DNA of 64,000 nt from Ptychomitrium polyphyllum (Eukaryota), in the NCBI GenBank assembly GCA_973851085.1, contig OZ316776.1:13950001-14014000 (forward strand), given 5' to 3'. This document shows positions 23,104 through 37,958 of the stretch, one piece after another. How positions within the stretch are numbered: the stretch's first letter is position 1; each line of letters begins with the position of its first letter. The position numbers were made by a program, and so were the translations under genes. The notes under the pieces are model-generated. The model saw only the letters and a program-made list of their open reading frames with translations, was not told the origin of the DNA and searched no databases.

Positions 23104-26100
23104 TTAACATCCGGCTGCTTTCAGAAAATTGTCGTACGGGCTTGAAGGAGGTAGTTTTAGGTCTCCAACAGTGGGTGATGCAAGCCACATGGGCTTCCAT
23201 GTTGGGCTCTGGTTTATATTCCCGGAATTTCCTGCAGTTTGTGCAACCTCGAGTTCTCCGGTTGAGTCCGACTGTTAAGGTACAAAGCAGAAAGTCAGCT
23301 CTATCCAATTAGGTGGAACTTCATCAAAATAACCGGAAGCAATTCAGATGTAAACAATCCGTAAGTATTGAAGCAAACAATATGAGAGGTAGGGCCACAT
23401 AAATTTTCATAGCACCAAAGGTAATAGTGCAATAGCTGTCCCTTATTGAGGAACTCAGAACTGCTCTTCGATTACTAAAATAGAAAATTTCGAAATCACA
23501 GAAAGGAGCCATCAGATATGTATCTCGATACGGTAATACGATACACATGGTTTTAAAAAAAACTCTTACCCTGGCCTCAGGGCTTTCATGGCCATTCACC
23601 CTGTTACGATCCTCCTTAACATTTGAAAGAGCGATTGTCAATGGAGCACTGTTGCTGTTCAACTTTAACACTGCGGACATCTTCTTGTGAGCACCAGCTC
23701 CAGCTTCTTCACAGAGACTTGCAGTAGCACTATAAGACAGAGGACCGCTGGGAGCATGAGTAAGTCCAACTTGTCCAGCTGTTTCCTTTGCCTGCATTGC
23801 ATATCAAAACATATAAGGTAAAAGACGGAAAAGACTACATGAAGAGCACCAGAAACATAATACTAATCGGTAGTATACTTCTTGAGCGGCCATGGTAGGA
23901 GCAAGTGTGACGTTTACTAGATCCAGAAGCTGCGATACGCCAGGGGCCTGGGCTGGAGCGTTGCCAGCAGTGTCTCTTAGCATAGGTGGTACGCCCGAAT
24001 GTGATCCACTGGAACTTTTATCGTCTAAAATTGCAGCTGTCAACTGTGACTGAAGCACCAAAGCAATAAGCAAAAATTTCCGAGTGTTAGTCATCACAAG
24101 ATACAACTGGTGCAACTTCTCTGCAATCACAAGAACTAATGTTATATGAAGGAACATATTAACATATCAGTTGATCATCAATATCACCATACCTCATCAA
24201 ACGATATGGAATCTTGAGAGGCGTGTGTTGATCGAGCATTCGAGGATTCCGAGTACAGTCGAGACCTGACAAGCTCACTATCCCCTAGTGTAAACTGTTC
24301 TATCAACCTTTCCTTCAGACCCGCACCCTCCACCTACAATGATACGAAACTTGTTAGCTGTAATTACAGGTACAACTGCACAAAATAATTGAGGAAAATA
24401 AAACGCCTGCATTTATTACTCCGACTTTACTGCTGCTTATTGAATATTTTTAAGAAAAGAGCAGGAACCTCTTTAACCACATGAAAACTACGAGGAATGT
24501 GTAAATGTGGATCATGATATGGATTATCATTCCTCAGAATGCCTAAACATGACTAATAATCCAGTTGTGAATGAAGGGTGGAGTTCAAACTTCACCTCGG
24601 CCAAGGATGGAGAGGCCTCAACGATACGAGCTGCAACTGCCTCATTTGATAAATCTCCAACAAGGGAAATGCGGGATAACGAACCCAACGCAGCAGTATC
24701 ATCTAAATCCGTAGCATAATCTAGAGCATATATCTCTGAGCTCACTGCTGTAAGAGTACAGTCCTCACTCAGCTCCAAAAATGGGTCCTTCTGTTTCGAC
24801 TCAAGATTTACATGAGTTAACTTCCATCCATAGTATGTAACTTACAACACAACGAAAAACAAAATCGTATATGACGAATTGACAGACATGTTATAGTGCA
24901 GTGCACTTGGCGATAGGGCACCAAAGTAACTTTGATGTTGATAACTGCTCCGTATGACGAAATAAGTAACGTCGAAACGGGTCAGAATGTTAGAATATGT
25001 AGTAATTAACCCCTAAGAGATGGCGAGAAGACCAAGTCAAGTTCCATTGTCATGTGCCAGTAACAAGCACAGAAACCCTCAATCCCCTTGCACTCTAGAC
25101 AAACTCATAGTCGGAAACAGCAGCGCATTCAGGACTCAAAACGGGGCAAGATCTCTATGAGCGGAAATTGGGCTCAAATACCCTGTTCAAGGCTAGGTTG
25201 GCTATTCCACCCTCTGAAGCCCCCTTGGGGCCTTACGGTCCTTGGGCTTAACAAAAGAGAAAACAAATTGCAGAGAAAGCCTACCACAAGTGAAGTAAGA
25301 GGCACTTTGACAGGGGCAACAATCTGAGGAATATTGTAGGTTTTTGCGGCAAACGCAAGCATCCCGGTGGCTAATGTGAACAGAGACCTTCTTCTCGCTG
25401 AAATAATCTGGAGAGCTACAAAAACCGAAAGATAATTTGGAGTTAGAAAAACCGCTTTACCCAGTTGTACATCAAATGTGTGGCCCATCTAAATAAACAT
25501 GAACACCAAGATCAGTCTAAAAATGTGAACAAAGATGATCATGTGAGCACACTAACTGGTCAACTCTACAATAATTCAGTACTTGTTCACAACTTACCAG
25601 TTGAATCAAGTGCAAGCTTCCTACTGGAGAGAGCCAACTGTAGTGCTCGCAATTGGGTATTATGACTAGCACTCTGTTCAGTATGCACGAAATCGACCAA
25701 AGAGGTTATATTGAAAGCTCAAAAGATTTACAGTATAGTTACAAGGCAGGATAGATTAATTAAAACAAAAAAATACAAAACTATTCATGTGAGCAAGTTA
25801 CCCTTGGCCTTGAGAAAAGAAGGGCAAGACTGTAAGTATGAGCCATTGCCTCATAGCTGGAGGGCCAGTTGTCTGCCATCTTTGCTTGCAACCAGAGAGT
25901 CGAAAAGAGAAGCTCTGCTTGGTTTCCACTTAGCCTTGCAGTGGTCATTTCCTGAAGAACGATTACAGAATAAGACAATAAATACGAGGCTCTATAAACG
26001 TTTCAAACAATAAACTGAACATGAAAACGAACACGGACAGAACACGAACACTACAACATCACCATCAATCAACGTACATCATAGTGGCTTGAAAAAAAGC

Positions 26101-29100
26101 ATGTTATGCTACAATTTATGATCCAAGTCATGAACGAAAACAGACCAATAAGCGAAGTGAGCTACTCACAGTGTCTTTGTTGGTGCCTGTAGAAGGTCTT
26201 CGCAAATGTGCCATAGAGCGGCCCAAGCTCAGTCTGAACGCTTGGAGTCGGCTTGGACTTCCAGCTCCATTTCGATTATCCTCTCTTCTAGTGTGAACCT
26301 CGTCACGACCAAAGCTATCAGAACGCCCTTCAAATTGCCAATCTTCTTTGCCCAGACTATTAGTTTTGCCTACCATCCTACCCATACTGTCAGTTCTACC
26401 CTTCAATTTCCCATCCTCGTCATCACTATCCAGGAAATTGCCACCGAAGCTTCTCTCCCTTTTCAACTTTTCAAACAGCGCGGCAGCCGAAGAGAAGGCA
26501 GAGACCCTTTTCTTACTATGGCTGGGCGATGGAACATCAGAACGCGGAAGGAATTGTTGTTCATAGCGGGAGGAATGAGAAACTGCAGATGGGACTAGGA
26601 GCAGAACAAATATCCTATGAGCCCCAAGGCGAGTTTCCATATCAGGATGCAACATCACCTGCACTAGCTCGTTAAATAAAGACTGGGGAAATTCCTGTAG
26701 AAGAAGCAAGCAACATATCACCATTTGAGGCCCATTTGTACTTCTGCTGAACCAAGGTAATCATTGCAATCGGTGTTACTCTTGTTATAGTTGTACATAT
26801 GATCGATACTGCTGTTAAGAAAACAAATGTAAATTCATGACTGCAGCTCGATAAACCTTTGTTAAAATCAGTTAAATAATAAGGATAAAATTGAACTCCT
26901 TATTAAGCCCCCAATGAATGACAATATGTTAGGGATAGACCCAACCACTAACAAGCCGCTAGTAACGGTAGATGGACAGAGTGACCGAAGGTAACGCAAT
27001 TAGAGAGAAGCAGAATATTCTTTAGCATGGTGCTCAATTCACCTGATGTACATAGAGGTGATCGGGAAGGTAAGCCACAGCAAGGGCTAAAACACAGACA
27101 GCCTGTATAGTACTTCGTGCAATACCAATTTTGAATGATAGTTTTTCCAAGGTGGCAGCTATCATGTCAAAAAGAGGTCCAGCTTCGCCCACCTTCACAA
27201 CATCACGACACTGCAGGGTCAACGATACATTTTCCAATGCCAAAACAAATTGCCAGTAGCGCGCAGCTGCAAGAAATATCATTGCACTACTAAAGAGAAA
27301 TGAGCGAATAGGTCACCAGGAAGTGCTGAAGGTTTGTGTGAGTATACCCTTCTTCCAAACTCCATCAAGCATTCTTCAATGGCAGCTTGTAATAAAATAT
27401 TCTCATCAGGCGCTCTCACACTTCCACCTACTGGGGTTTCCATGGACACCTGCAGGCTTCTTCGTAGATGTTTAAACAGGTCACTCATTGCACCTACCTC
27501 AACGACTGTAGCCTTTGCCTTCGACTGACGAGCTAAAACAGCCGTAAGTGCCACAATGTTTCTTCTGATGACTAGATTACACTCCAAATCTTTGTGATCC
27601 AGATGTCTGACTAGAGCCGCTAGCAGTAATTGACCATTTCCTGCGCAGAACATTGACGAGTATATATATAAATGCAAAGAGGAAACACTATTGACCACAT
27701 TCTATCTCAAGAATATACAGCTGGGAGATAAATGACTGGTAAATAGTGAATAAGAAGGATTCGATGCGCTCATGCATCGCAAGATTCCTCATCTACCCTA
27801 AATTGTTTAAAAGGATGGAAGAGGCATCACGAAAACGTTGGAACTGATTTGACAGTACAGTGGTCAATATAGCCAAAACAGAACCTAACTAACTGGAATC
27901 AAGGGCATGCATGCAATACAGAGCAACAAAAAGAGCACAAGCAAAGGAAGAGGGTGACAGACCAGTCTGTTCCATCATGAATTGCATGTTTTGCAAAACT
28001 ACAAGAGCCAGCCCTCTTTCCAAAGACCAATGCTTTCCATAGTCGAAAAATCGAAACATTGGATCCAACACTCTGCGAACAGTAGTGGCCTCTTTGGCGA
28101 GCGTAGCCATATTTTGTATACAAATTTGAGACCAAACTGAAGGCGCCTCCGCTTCCTCACTGAGAATAAAAAAATGAAAAGAAATTGACAACTAATGAGA
28201 ATTTCATTTGGAGAAAGGGAAAACACTGATAATATGTGCCTAAAATTGAACGCTTCATAAGCCACCCTAAGATCGTCAATAATGAAACGAACTACGTGTT
28301 TATTTGAGGATTGAGAAACCCGAAAGCTTCCTGTCCCCTACATAATTCATACCCACAACCAATACGATAAACGCCTCATTAGTTATTTATATATGCAGAC
28401 CCAAACAATATGTTATCGAGTCAATACCCGAAAATGACGAGGCGTACCTTGTGAAATTTAGAGGATCCTTAATATTAGCTTGTGCCTTGTGACGATGCAT
28501 CTTGTTCAATGTCTCTCTCATGACTTGAAGTGCATGGGCATGGCTCTCTGATCTCATCACCTCCTTCATCCACTGTCTCTGTGCTTCTCCTTTTCCAATC
28601 TCTACAGCTTCAATTTCCACAGAAGGTAGCTCGTAATTCTCAAGCGTAGCTGCGACGACCTACACCAAGAACACGATAAATATATTAGACTGTAAACTGA
28701 AAGCATTTAAATTGAACACACGAGCTAATCCGTAAGGAGTATTGAGACAACGATTGATTCACTGGCTATACCTCAGATCTTATGATCTCCACAAAACGAC
28801 ACCACAAAACGTATTCATGCTTGAGTAAAAGAAGAAGGTGAATATGTCGATTGCAGCAAAATAAACATTTAAAAAAATAGATAGAAGTACCTCGTCGAAA
28901 TCCGCAGAAATGTGGGTGTGTTGGGCCATAAATCCAACCTGGCAAAGCGGAGAACTTTAAAGAGTCAGAATATCTGCTGACTATTTTTGATGTAAAGCAG
29001 TAATAAGAGCAGAAAATCCGCCACGAAGTATCTGCTGACAAGATGTTCACGTATGATTACAGTCCTCACGCAAACCTAACGATGACAATAAAAACAAGGA

Positions 29101-30597
29101 ACCACTTCAGAAATGCAGCATTTCAGCAAATGTATAAGCACTGTACCATAGCTGCAAGGGCTTGTAGCGCAGCTGCCCTGATTGGCAACCGTTTCTTTTC
29201 CTCTCCATGCTCACGCGCTAATGCGCAAAGTGATGGGATTAGCCCTTCTAGATTACGCATGTACGTTGCGTCCGTCTATCAATTCAGGGCAAAACCGTCA
29301 GTGTACACAAGAACCAATTTCACAGCAAAAAGACATGCTTGATCCCCCGAAAAAATTGTCTACTGTCATTGATGATTTCATCTCGGTTATGAAATTCATA
29401 AGAAAATGTAAATACAAAATAGATGATATGAATCTAACTTGCTGGCTCGAAATCGTGACGAAGCAGGACTATCGTACCTGCACTCGAATTAAGTCCACCA
29501 AAGTCATGCAGCCCAAGATGCACATGTTATCATGCTTCGTTTGGTCGAGCAGCGCCTTGATCATGTTTAAAGCATTATTTGCAAACAACGACCTGATAGC
29601 AATCACCATCCAGTAAAACGAGAACTAGGGTTATCAATACATCGTCTACGCTCGAAAATCCAGCGACAAACTGAGGTAGGACCTCAGCAGAACAATATGC
29701 CAACCGCAAAGGCGATAGTAGAAGCGCTGTAGAACCCTGCTTTAGAACTATGAGCCAAACCGAGTCCCATCTTAAGGGCGGCATAGAGTAGGTGGTTCAC
29801 AGAGCTACAATAGGGCCACATGAGAAACGCAAACGTTACATAAGCATAATTATGCCCTTTACTAAAACCGCCAAAATGGTCCATAACTACCACTTACATT
29901 TCATTCCTGCACGCAATGAAGAGCTTCGAGTAGGCCCGCATCACAGTCATCACAGTCCCGACATGCTCATTTTTCAGCTCTTTGAGGCCTTTCTGCTCTA
30001 GGCCACTAGCAATCTGCAGTAAATTGCAATCACCATTACTGATCAACCTCAGACCTCAATTAACACGACGTGCGATGTCAGATCACACCAGTGCTTCCAT
30101 CCCTCGAAACCTGCTCCATAAAGGACTGCTGCAGTTAAATGCTCTTCCCAACTCGACCAATCACAAATCCCTCGAGAGAAGAACACAAAATTTCTTGGCA
30201 GAAGTTGATGAGATCCTTGAAGCTTGGACACCAACTCATAGTGACAGAGATCCAAAAGGAAAGAAGCTGATAGAGCGAAGATGAGAACATACCTTAGGAA
30301 TGCGCAACGGGTTTTTGGCAGCATACTCGACGAGCTTGCCGATCTTGCGGTCATTGGGAGCTTCATCCTGCAATAGAAGCACAGCGTGAGAATAACAACA
30401 GCAACAACAACACGGGAGAAGGGGATGCATAAGGGAAGGGAGGATAGGGATCGGGGGCTTACTTGGGCCTTGGGATAGATGTCGGCGAGGAGCATGTTGT
30501 AGCGCTTAACGGGCTGGCGGGAGCGCGCACGGAGGGCGGGGCAACAGACGCACATGGTGCCGCAGACGGGCAGCACCCGGCGCGACATCAAGCCCAT
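23104..30597 (-). CDS. EFR3: EFR3-like ARM-repeat scaffold protein (plant EFOP/SRL2 type), multi-exon
   Basis: Start MGLMSRRVLPVCGTMCVCCPALRARSRQPVKRY (Cys cluster), then NDRKIGKLVEYAAKNPLRIPK, LAKEATTVRRVLDPMF, MLHPDMETRLGAHRIF. C-terminus LKLPPSSPYDNFLKAAGC* ends at 23104. Confidence 0.93.
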
Positions 30598-30761
30598 GGT
30601 GACAGAGCGAGGGCATGAGAGAGGGAGAGAGAGCAGCGCAGCACTAAACAGACAGACACAGCAAACGCGCGATGAACAGTGCAACGCAACTCTCTCGCTT
30701 GCTCGCTCGCTCTCGCTCTCTCTCTCTGTCTCTGCGCGTTTTCTCTAGTACGCTCTACAGC

Positions 30762-30899
30762 GTGAGGGTGAGGGTGGAGGTGAGGGTGGTGGTGCAGGTG
30801 AGGGTGGTGGTGCGGGTGAGGGTGGTGGTGAGGGTGAGGGTGGTGGTGAAGGTGAGGGTGGTGGTGAAGGTGAGGGTGGTGGTGAAGGTGAGAGTGGTG
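30762..30899. repeat. G-rich 18-bp minisatellite (GGTGAGGGTGGTGGTGAA-like) upstream of EFR3
   Basis: About 7 imperfect tandem units are visible. Confidence 0.9.
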
Positions 30900-30946
30900 T
30901 AATTCTAGGCTCCCCACGGCCCCTCCGGAATTGTCATCTTATTACA

Positions 30947-30973
30947 TAAACCCTAAACCCTAAACCCTAAACC
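30947..30973. repeat. Short plant telomere-type array (TAAACCC)x3-4, tandem telo-boxes
   Basis: TAAACCCTAAACCCTAAACCCTAAACC. Confidence 0.9.
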
Positions 30974-31204
30974 TGTTCTTACTACATTGTAGACTAATTT
31001 GGTAATGTTATTATTTTCCATATAATTTAATCAAAGCGTATATTGCTTCCAACCTTCTAATTGTTAAAAGAACAAAACTTTTACTTTATCTTTATTAACA
31101 TACTTTCTCATTTATCTTTGATGCAATTCTAGCTACACTAATATGATTAGTTATTTATTTATTTGAATTTTTATACTTTATCAATAAACTTTTACTTAAT
31201 CTCT

Positions 31205-32766
31205 TGTTAGTCAAATAAACCCCCTTAATAGGAAGGATTACAAATCTCACACAAGTCTAATTGAGGATGTCTAATATGGAATTTGTAGTGTAGTCCAATT
31301 TTACTAAGCCTTAATTCATTCTAAATTCAATTGATGCAATAAGATTTCTTTCATGATTATACATTTATTGTGCAATATCTTACAATTGATTGGTGATCCT
31401 AGAGACTAAAATTGAGTACAAGAATGGTGTGCTAGTTGGATAATTATGAAACTCCTCACTATTACCTATTGTGCATATGAAGGCTACAATAATTTGAAGC
31501 GAGCCATTGCATAGAAGGGATTAAACATTAGTCAACAAACTTAGCAATTTGTGACACAAAATATGTTCCTACTTTAATCTAAATGCAAGAACTAGCTTGG
31601 GTTTTAGCCTTGGCACTGCCTCTATTTTCCAACTACTCTTTGTTTTTTTCTAAACTGAACTCCTTGCATGTTTTCCAACACTAAACTTTCCCCTAAATGA
31701 GCTCCAACTTTCGAGTACAACCTAGCTACTCACTTCTCTAGTTGTTTACTGAATTCACTCCTACTTTTTACATAAACTACTCAATTTCCTACTGCCAACC
31801 TTTTTTCTCTCAGCGTCCACCACTGAAGTGAACTTTCTCCTACTAATTGAACTTTCTTGCCTATTCATCAAATAAATATAGCCAAATTGAACTGAATTTC
31901 AAAGAGCGACCAATCAAAATTTTCTGATTCGTGAAGTCCTTGAATCTTCCGATTCAGCTGATTAAATTGGATTACTAACTTAGACTATCTTTTTCACTCC
32001 AATCTCCAGCCCCTTTTCACAAAGAGTCCCTCCTAAACTGATTGAATTGAACTCTCTATTTGAACTAAATTCGTAGGTTTCTCACCTTCATTACTGATTA
32101 ACTGATTCTAACTTGTTGTTCACACCTTTACAACTATCCTATTCCAACTCTTGACTTCTCCTCTCAAGCTTAATGTCCTTTTTCTAAAGTACACTTTCCT
32201 CTAACTGAACACACCCTATTCAACTCGCTATTCCTTCACCCCTGATTGAACTGCTTAGACTGATTTAAACTACTAGATTCCAATTCTTTGATTTCCTTGT
32301 AGTTGATCGCCTCTTGGCTAGTATTGAAACCATGTCCCTTCACACAGGGTCTTTTTAGTCCTCACTCTCTCCTTCAACTGTCTTCTCTCTAGAGCCTGAA
32401 CTCCCTGGACTGACTGAATTGAATTTTTTCCACCTTCATCCGAAACCAAGCCCATGACTTAATCGCCTAAATTTTTTCCACTTGTCTTCCAAATTCCTAA
32501 GTCCCTCTAAATTCCAACACATACATACTACTTTTAAAATTGGTTAGCAATTAATTGAACCTAACCTTTTACTTACACTTAAGGCTACTCAAAATCGGAA
32601 ATTGTACATTTTACACAATCACATTCCATCTACTCAATTAACCTATTGTTAAGACATTAGGCTTACCTAAATTCTTCTAAAACAATTAGAATCCCTCTAT
32701 GTTTTTTTTCAGACTTAATTAGAAAGAAATTCTACCATAATGACTACTAATTAGGCTAGTCTCACT
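31205..32766. mobile_element. Probable decayed solo LTR of about 1.56 kb, related to 43325-45423
   Basis: Starts TGTTAGTCAA and shares motifs with 43325 onward (CACACAA, GT..TCCAATT). Boundaries are approximate and there is no clear TSD. Confidence 0.5.
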
Positions 32767-34448
32767 CTACTAATGTTGCTTTGATTAGTTTATGATGGAA
32801 AACAACAAAACAAGCCGTTTTGAGGGCTCACACCTTTCATAATTCTTTAATTTTATTTTATGAAAATACTCCAAAGTATTGTTTTTAATGCAAAGAAGGA
32901 AAAAATTTAAAAAATCTTGTTTTTTTTTCTTCATTGTAAGATATTGACTTAAAATTCTATAAAATGTTGTATTTTTTTGAGTATAAAATTTGATTAAAAA
33001 AATCAAAAAATTATATTATTTGAAAAAAATAAAAATTGCAATGTACAAGATAGAATCAATAGTCTTTGACTTCCTTGAATGCAAAAATTATTAATTTTGA
33101 TACACCATCACGATAAAAATCATAATAGGAATTTATGTATCATATATTGAAAGTAGTTAAGGATGCAATATAATATTTTTAGCTATTCAATGAATACAAA
33201 AATTACTTAGAACATTATAACTTTTTTTCTTGATGTTTGATAAAAGAATATTAAAGCCCTATAAAGCTCTCAAAATTTTATACATTTGTAATCAATATGT
33301 GTGTATTTTGTCTAATAAGATTCAATTTATGGCATTTTAGACTCTCTATGACTAAGGATGGGAGTTTCAAAATGCACATTTTATTCCAATATATCAAATA
33401 TGAACATCAAAGTTTGTCTTTTCTTAGCTCAAACGTTTACAAGAAAAACAACTATATTTGCGGAAATAAAGTAGTTTCTATGAATAATGAGCAACATATT
33501 TTTGAATATTTTTCTTTAACTTTTATTATCTTTGGAATAGAAAGATCATCTATAACTATAATTGAGCGTGGATTCATAAAAAAATTGCTTAGTATTATAG
33601 GTAGGATGATATAAAATTGTGAAAAATAACAATTTGATCAGCTCTAATTATATAAATATTGTTCCTAAATTTTTTATATTATTGTGGATTCTCATTTTTA
33701 TTGTTATTAATTCTTATGGATTTTTATTAATTGTCTCTAATCCAATTTTAAGACGTTTAATCATTAATTTGAATTTATCATTAAGAACAAATATGGCAAA
33801 ACAAACATTATGTTGTCTTTTAAGTTAGCACTTAGTTAATTTTAATGCTTGCTTATAAAACAATGATTCAGTAGAGAATGTTTGTTTTAGGTATAATTTG
33901 TAATTTGCAATACTACTAAAATAAAACATATTAATGTATGAGATGCAAGAACAAATCAAATGCCAAAATAATGATTGTGACCTTAATGTTACTTGCATAG
34001 GCAATGAACATTACTACATTATTGTAAGGATAATTTGATGTCTATTCAAATGCCTCTTTTTAAAACAAAAAAGAGTTCTAATCCAAATTTGAATGTTTTA
34101 AGGTATCAATTATCAATTAACAATTCAAGGTGATAAATTCCTTTAAATTGAGGTGTATTAGTAATTGGCAATAATTAGCGTGGGATTAGTTGTTCAAAAT
34201 TTAATTAGATCTAATTAGAAGAAATAAATAGGAGTATGGAAATTCAGATTAAAAAGAATTAGAATGATAAAAGCAAAGAATTATAAATTCATCTAGGTTT
34301 AAAGTTCTTTTTTTCCTTTTAATTCTACTTGTATTCATCTGCTTGTTCTAATTTGATTTGCAAAAGTAAAATGGATAGTATATTCAAAAAGAAAAAAATA
34401 ATATAAAAAGCTTTAAGGTTGATTTCTTCAAGATTGTGTGCTCTTTTT

Positions 34449-36600
34449 GTCACGGAAATATATACTAGAAGCATCTAAAAAGATTCTTAGAAGATTTAGG
34501 AAGGCTCAAGAAGCTTCCAAAGAAGTTAGCTTGGCTAAAGAAGTTTCTAAAGAAGAAATTCAATATTGCTTGATTGGCTAAAGAAGTTTCTAAAGAAGAA
34601 ATTCAATATTGCTTGAGTACAAAGCAATGTAATAGAAGCTTCTCAAGAAACTAGTATATATAGAAGTTGAGCTGAAAGGATCTTTAGTCTTAATAACACA
34701 TCTCTTGTGGTCTAACTTACACCTCTTTGCCTTGTCTTTTTATTTTATTATAGTTTTGTACTTCTAATATACTTCAGACATATCTTATTTTATATTCTAA
34801 AATCTTAAAGCCTTGCTTTGTTGTTATTCTATCTATAATATCCATGACATGAAAGGTGTTATGGATATATATACTAAATGCTTTTAGAAAGATTTCTAGA
34901 AGGTTTAAGAAGGCCAAAGAAGTTATCTAAACTAAGGAAGCTTCCAAAGAAGTTTTAGTATATATAAGAATTAAGATTGAAGAGATCTTTGGTAACAACC
35001 ACAAATCCCTTGTAATTTAGTTCCGACTTCCTTATCTTGTCTCTATATCTTATAATAGATCTTTGATTTTAATATACCTTGAAAATACCTTATTTCATAT
35101 TTTGAAGTCCTAAAATCTTGCTTTGTCATTATTTTGTCTAGAATAGTTTGTCAAGATTGTCATACAACATTATTAAAGCTTGATCTTTCATCACAAAGAG
35201 TAGATTGCTCATATTCTTAGAAGTACTATATCACTCTAATAGTTGCAAATTATCCTCTTTTGGATTTATATTGCTTTCGGATTTTTTTAATTTTTTACTT
35301 AATTGCATTTGTTTATTTTTTTCATTCCATATTAGGAGATGAAGAGGCCAATATGATTGATTTGAAAGAAGCCAAATTAGATTCAATTATAAATATCTTG
35401 AAGCATTAAAGATCAAGACCAAGACTTTATTCAAATAAAATGAAGAACTTTATATAACCATGCATAATGATTAAAGAGCAAAAGCATCCTAGTTTATTGG
35501 CCCAAGTCACTTTAAAATTCCATTGCATAAACCTAGTTTAATAGGAAACGCACATACTCAAGTCGGTAATTCAATATTGATAGCAAAAAAATCAAGAATT
35601 AGCCTTTTGAAGAATTTTGATGATATATGTTTAAAATTTTGAAGCTTTGTGAACCAAGTTCAGTTTGTTACCTTACTCCAAATTTAACAATATCTTATGA
35701 TTATAGTTTTCAAAATTAAATTTAGTTTAGAAGGGAGATAAAATTACCGGCCTACCCGTTGTTATATCCATTATTACTGGATTTTTTCTACCAATCTTCT
35801 CCTCTTGGACCATCAGACATCTTTTAGCTATAACTACCAAACATCCTCCAATGATAACTACCAAACATCCTCCAACGATAACTTCCAAATGATTATAGAA
35901 ATCTATTAGTTCAAACAATAGATATAGAACCATTATTATAGGATTTAGAAAATAGAATTTAAACCTTCAACTAAGAGAATTGAGAATGTATTGTATCTGG
36001 TTTTTCCATTAGTCAAGTTATAAATTTCATACTTGTAATATGCATCAATTATATTTTTTACAAATGATCTTTTATTATAACAAGTTCTAACGTATTTTTA
36101 TAGTTCAAATTGAAAAACTATTATGTTTTTTTAGTTTGGTACTATCAACTATAGATTTATTTAGACCGCGTTTTTTTTTATAGTTGTTATCATTTAAAGA
36201 ATTACTAAGTTATTAACTACTTGGTAGTTATTGATCCTAACAAGAGAATAAGCTGCAATCTTTAGAATGCTATAATACTTTTAAAAAGAGTAGTGTTTTG
36301 CTCTCTATTAGGATAGACCAAGCTTTGATATTGTTTTATGACAATTACAATAAATTATTATGGATAAAGTAATGACAAGAGAGGGCTTCAAAATTTTAGA
36401 ATATAAAACAAGATATGTCCAGGATATATTAGAAGGAAAGAACTATAACAAGATACAAGGCAAGGTTATGAAGTCTGAATTAGACCACAAGAGATGCATT
36501 ATAGAGACTGAAGATCCCTTGACTCCTATATACACTTCATTTACAAGCCTTGGAAGTTTTTTGAGAAGCTTTTATTACATTGCTTTGTACATTTACATTT
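34449..36600. mobile_element. Cluster of short decayed LTR-like repeats: 34449-34848, 34857-35169 and an inverted copy at about 36313-36600
   Basis: TGTCACGG...CCATGACA and TGTTATGG...ACAACA units are similar to each other. There is an internal 43-bp tandem duplication at about 34531-34616. 36313 onward is the reverse complement of the 35169 end. Confidence 0.6.
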
Positions 36601-36606
36601 ATATTA

Positions 36607-37958
36607 GGTGGTTGTATTTTGAAATCATCATATAAAAATATTATTGCCATAGGTTTAAAAAATGGCATCTTATACTTCATCAATTATAAAGAAGTAACTA
36701 GAGTAGATGTAGCAACATTTATAGAATTCATGGACGACCAAGACAAGTTTCCCATTTGGCATGTTTAACTTGGCCACTTGAATGTGGGGAGCATGAAGAA
36801 TTTGTAGTCTATAATAATTAACTTGGATCTTAGTAAATTATGCCAAAATGCCGTGGAACTTGCTTGTAAAGGTTGCATCCAAGGTAAGTAATAAAAGAGC
36901 TTATTTCTAAACAAAATGACTATATGTACTAGCAAGTTTGTTGGATATTGTTTAATCAAACATATGCAAAGCCATGGAAACTCCATCTTTGGGAAGACAA
37001 GGTATTTTCTCACTTTTATTAATGACATGTCAAAAGAAGTGTAGGTCTTCATCTTTAAGACCAAAAATGATACCTTTGCAAGATTAAAAAAATTTAAAAA
37101 GCTTGTAAATTAACAATGTTACTCCAAAATTAAAGTATTGCGTAAAGAAATTGGAGATGAATTCTAGTCCAAGTAATTTGAAATTGTCCATAAAGATTGA
37201 AGGGATTGCAAAAGAAACCTCTAATTCATGCACTCTATTAGACACATAAGAAATAAGAAGCAAACACGAGGTAATTCTTAAGAATTGGTTTTTAATGAAC
37301 TAATGCTTAACAAGAATTTATACTAAGACTAGAATAAAGGCACAATAAAAATATAATTCACAACTTGTGTTGACAAGACTAAGGTATACCTTTTCTTATA
37401 CTCTATTTATACTATGACATTTGTGTTTCTTTGGATTCTTCTCAAGAAGCTTCCTATAAAACTTAAGAATGTTCTAAAAGTTTATGGAACTTTTTTAAGA
37501 AGTTCTTTAAGAAGATGGAATTTTTTTAAGAAGTTTTTTAAGAAGGTGGAATGGCTATGGAAGTATTTGAAAGGATTATAAGAAGCTACTACAACGTACT
37601 AGAAGGTTTTAGAAGATTTTAAAGATTATGTTGCATGATCTATGTCAATAATACATTCTACAACTAAATGGAGTTGGTGAATAAGCTAATTATACCATTA
37701 TACAGATGGCAAGGAACATGCTTTACATTCAATACTTCAGATATAAGTCTTACGTAGAAGTTGTAGTGAATACAATGTACATGAGGAATAGATGCTTGTG
37801 CAATAATGACCACAAAAGAAGCTATATTTGGAAGAAAACCTTATTTTTTTTATATGATGACCTTTAGATGCATTACATATAAAAAAGCATCAAATTTTAC
37901 AAGATCCAAAGACTACAAAGTGTATATTTTTTTATTATTGTGAAGATACAAAGTATCA
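36607..37958 (+). pseudogene. Heavily decayed copia A-like protease-integrase fragment
   Basis: IAIGLKNGILYFINYKEVTRVDVATFIEFMDDQDKFPIWH aligns to VATGLRDGNLYFIKCKKVNGVEVAAFAEFIEDQDKFGIWH of copy 1. It continues to KCIFFYYCED. Confidence 0.85.
37236..37653. mobile_element. Solo LTR of about 418 bp inserted in the copia integrase
   Basis: Degenerate TG...CA ends (TATTAG...CAATAATA) and a 5-bp TSD CACTC/CATTC. It splits the TPYTP/QQNGVAE motif. A related copy lies at 44308-44879. Confidence 0.75.

Noticed and set aside
30588..30917. His/Pro-rich ORF (HHHPHL)n and the opposite-strand (VRVVV)n ORF
   Set aside because: These are translations of the 18-bp minisatellite. The minus ORF has a non-ATG start and is out of frame with EFR3.
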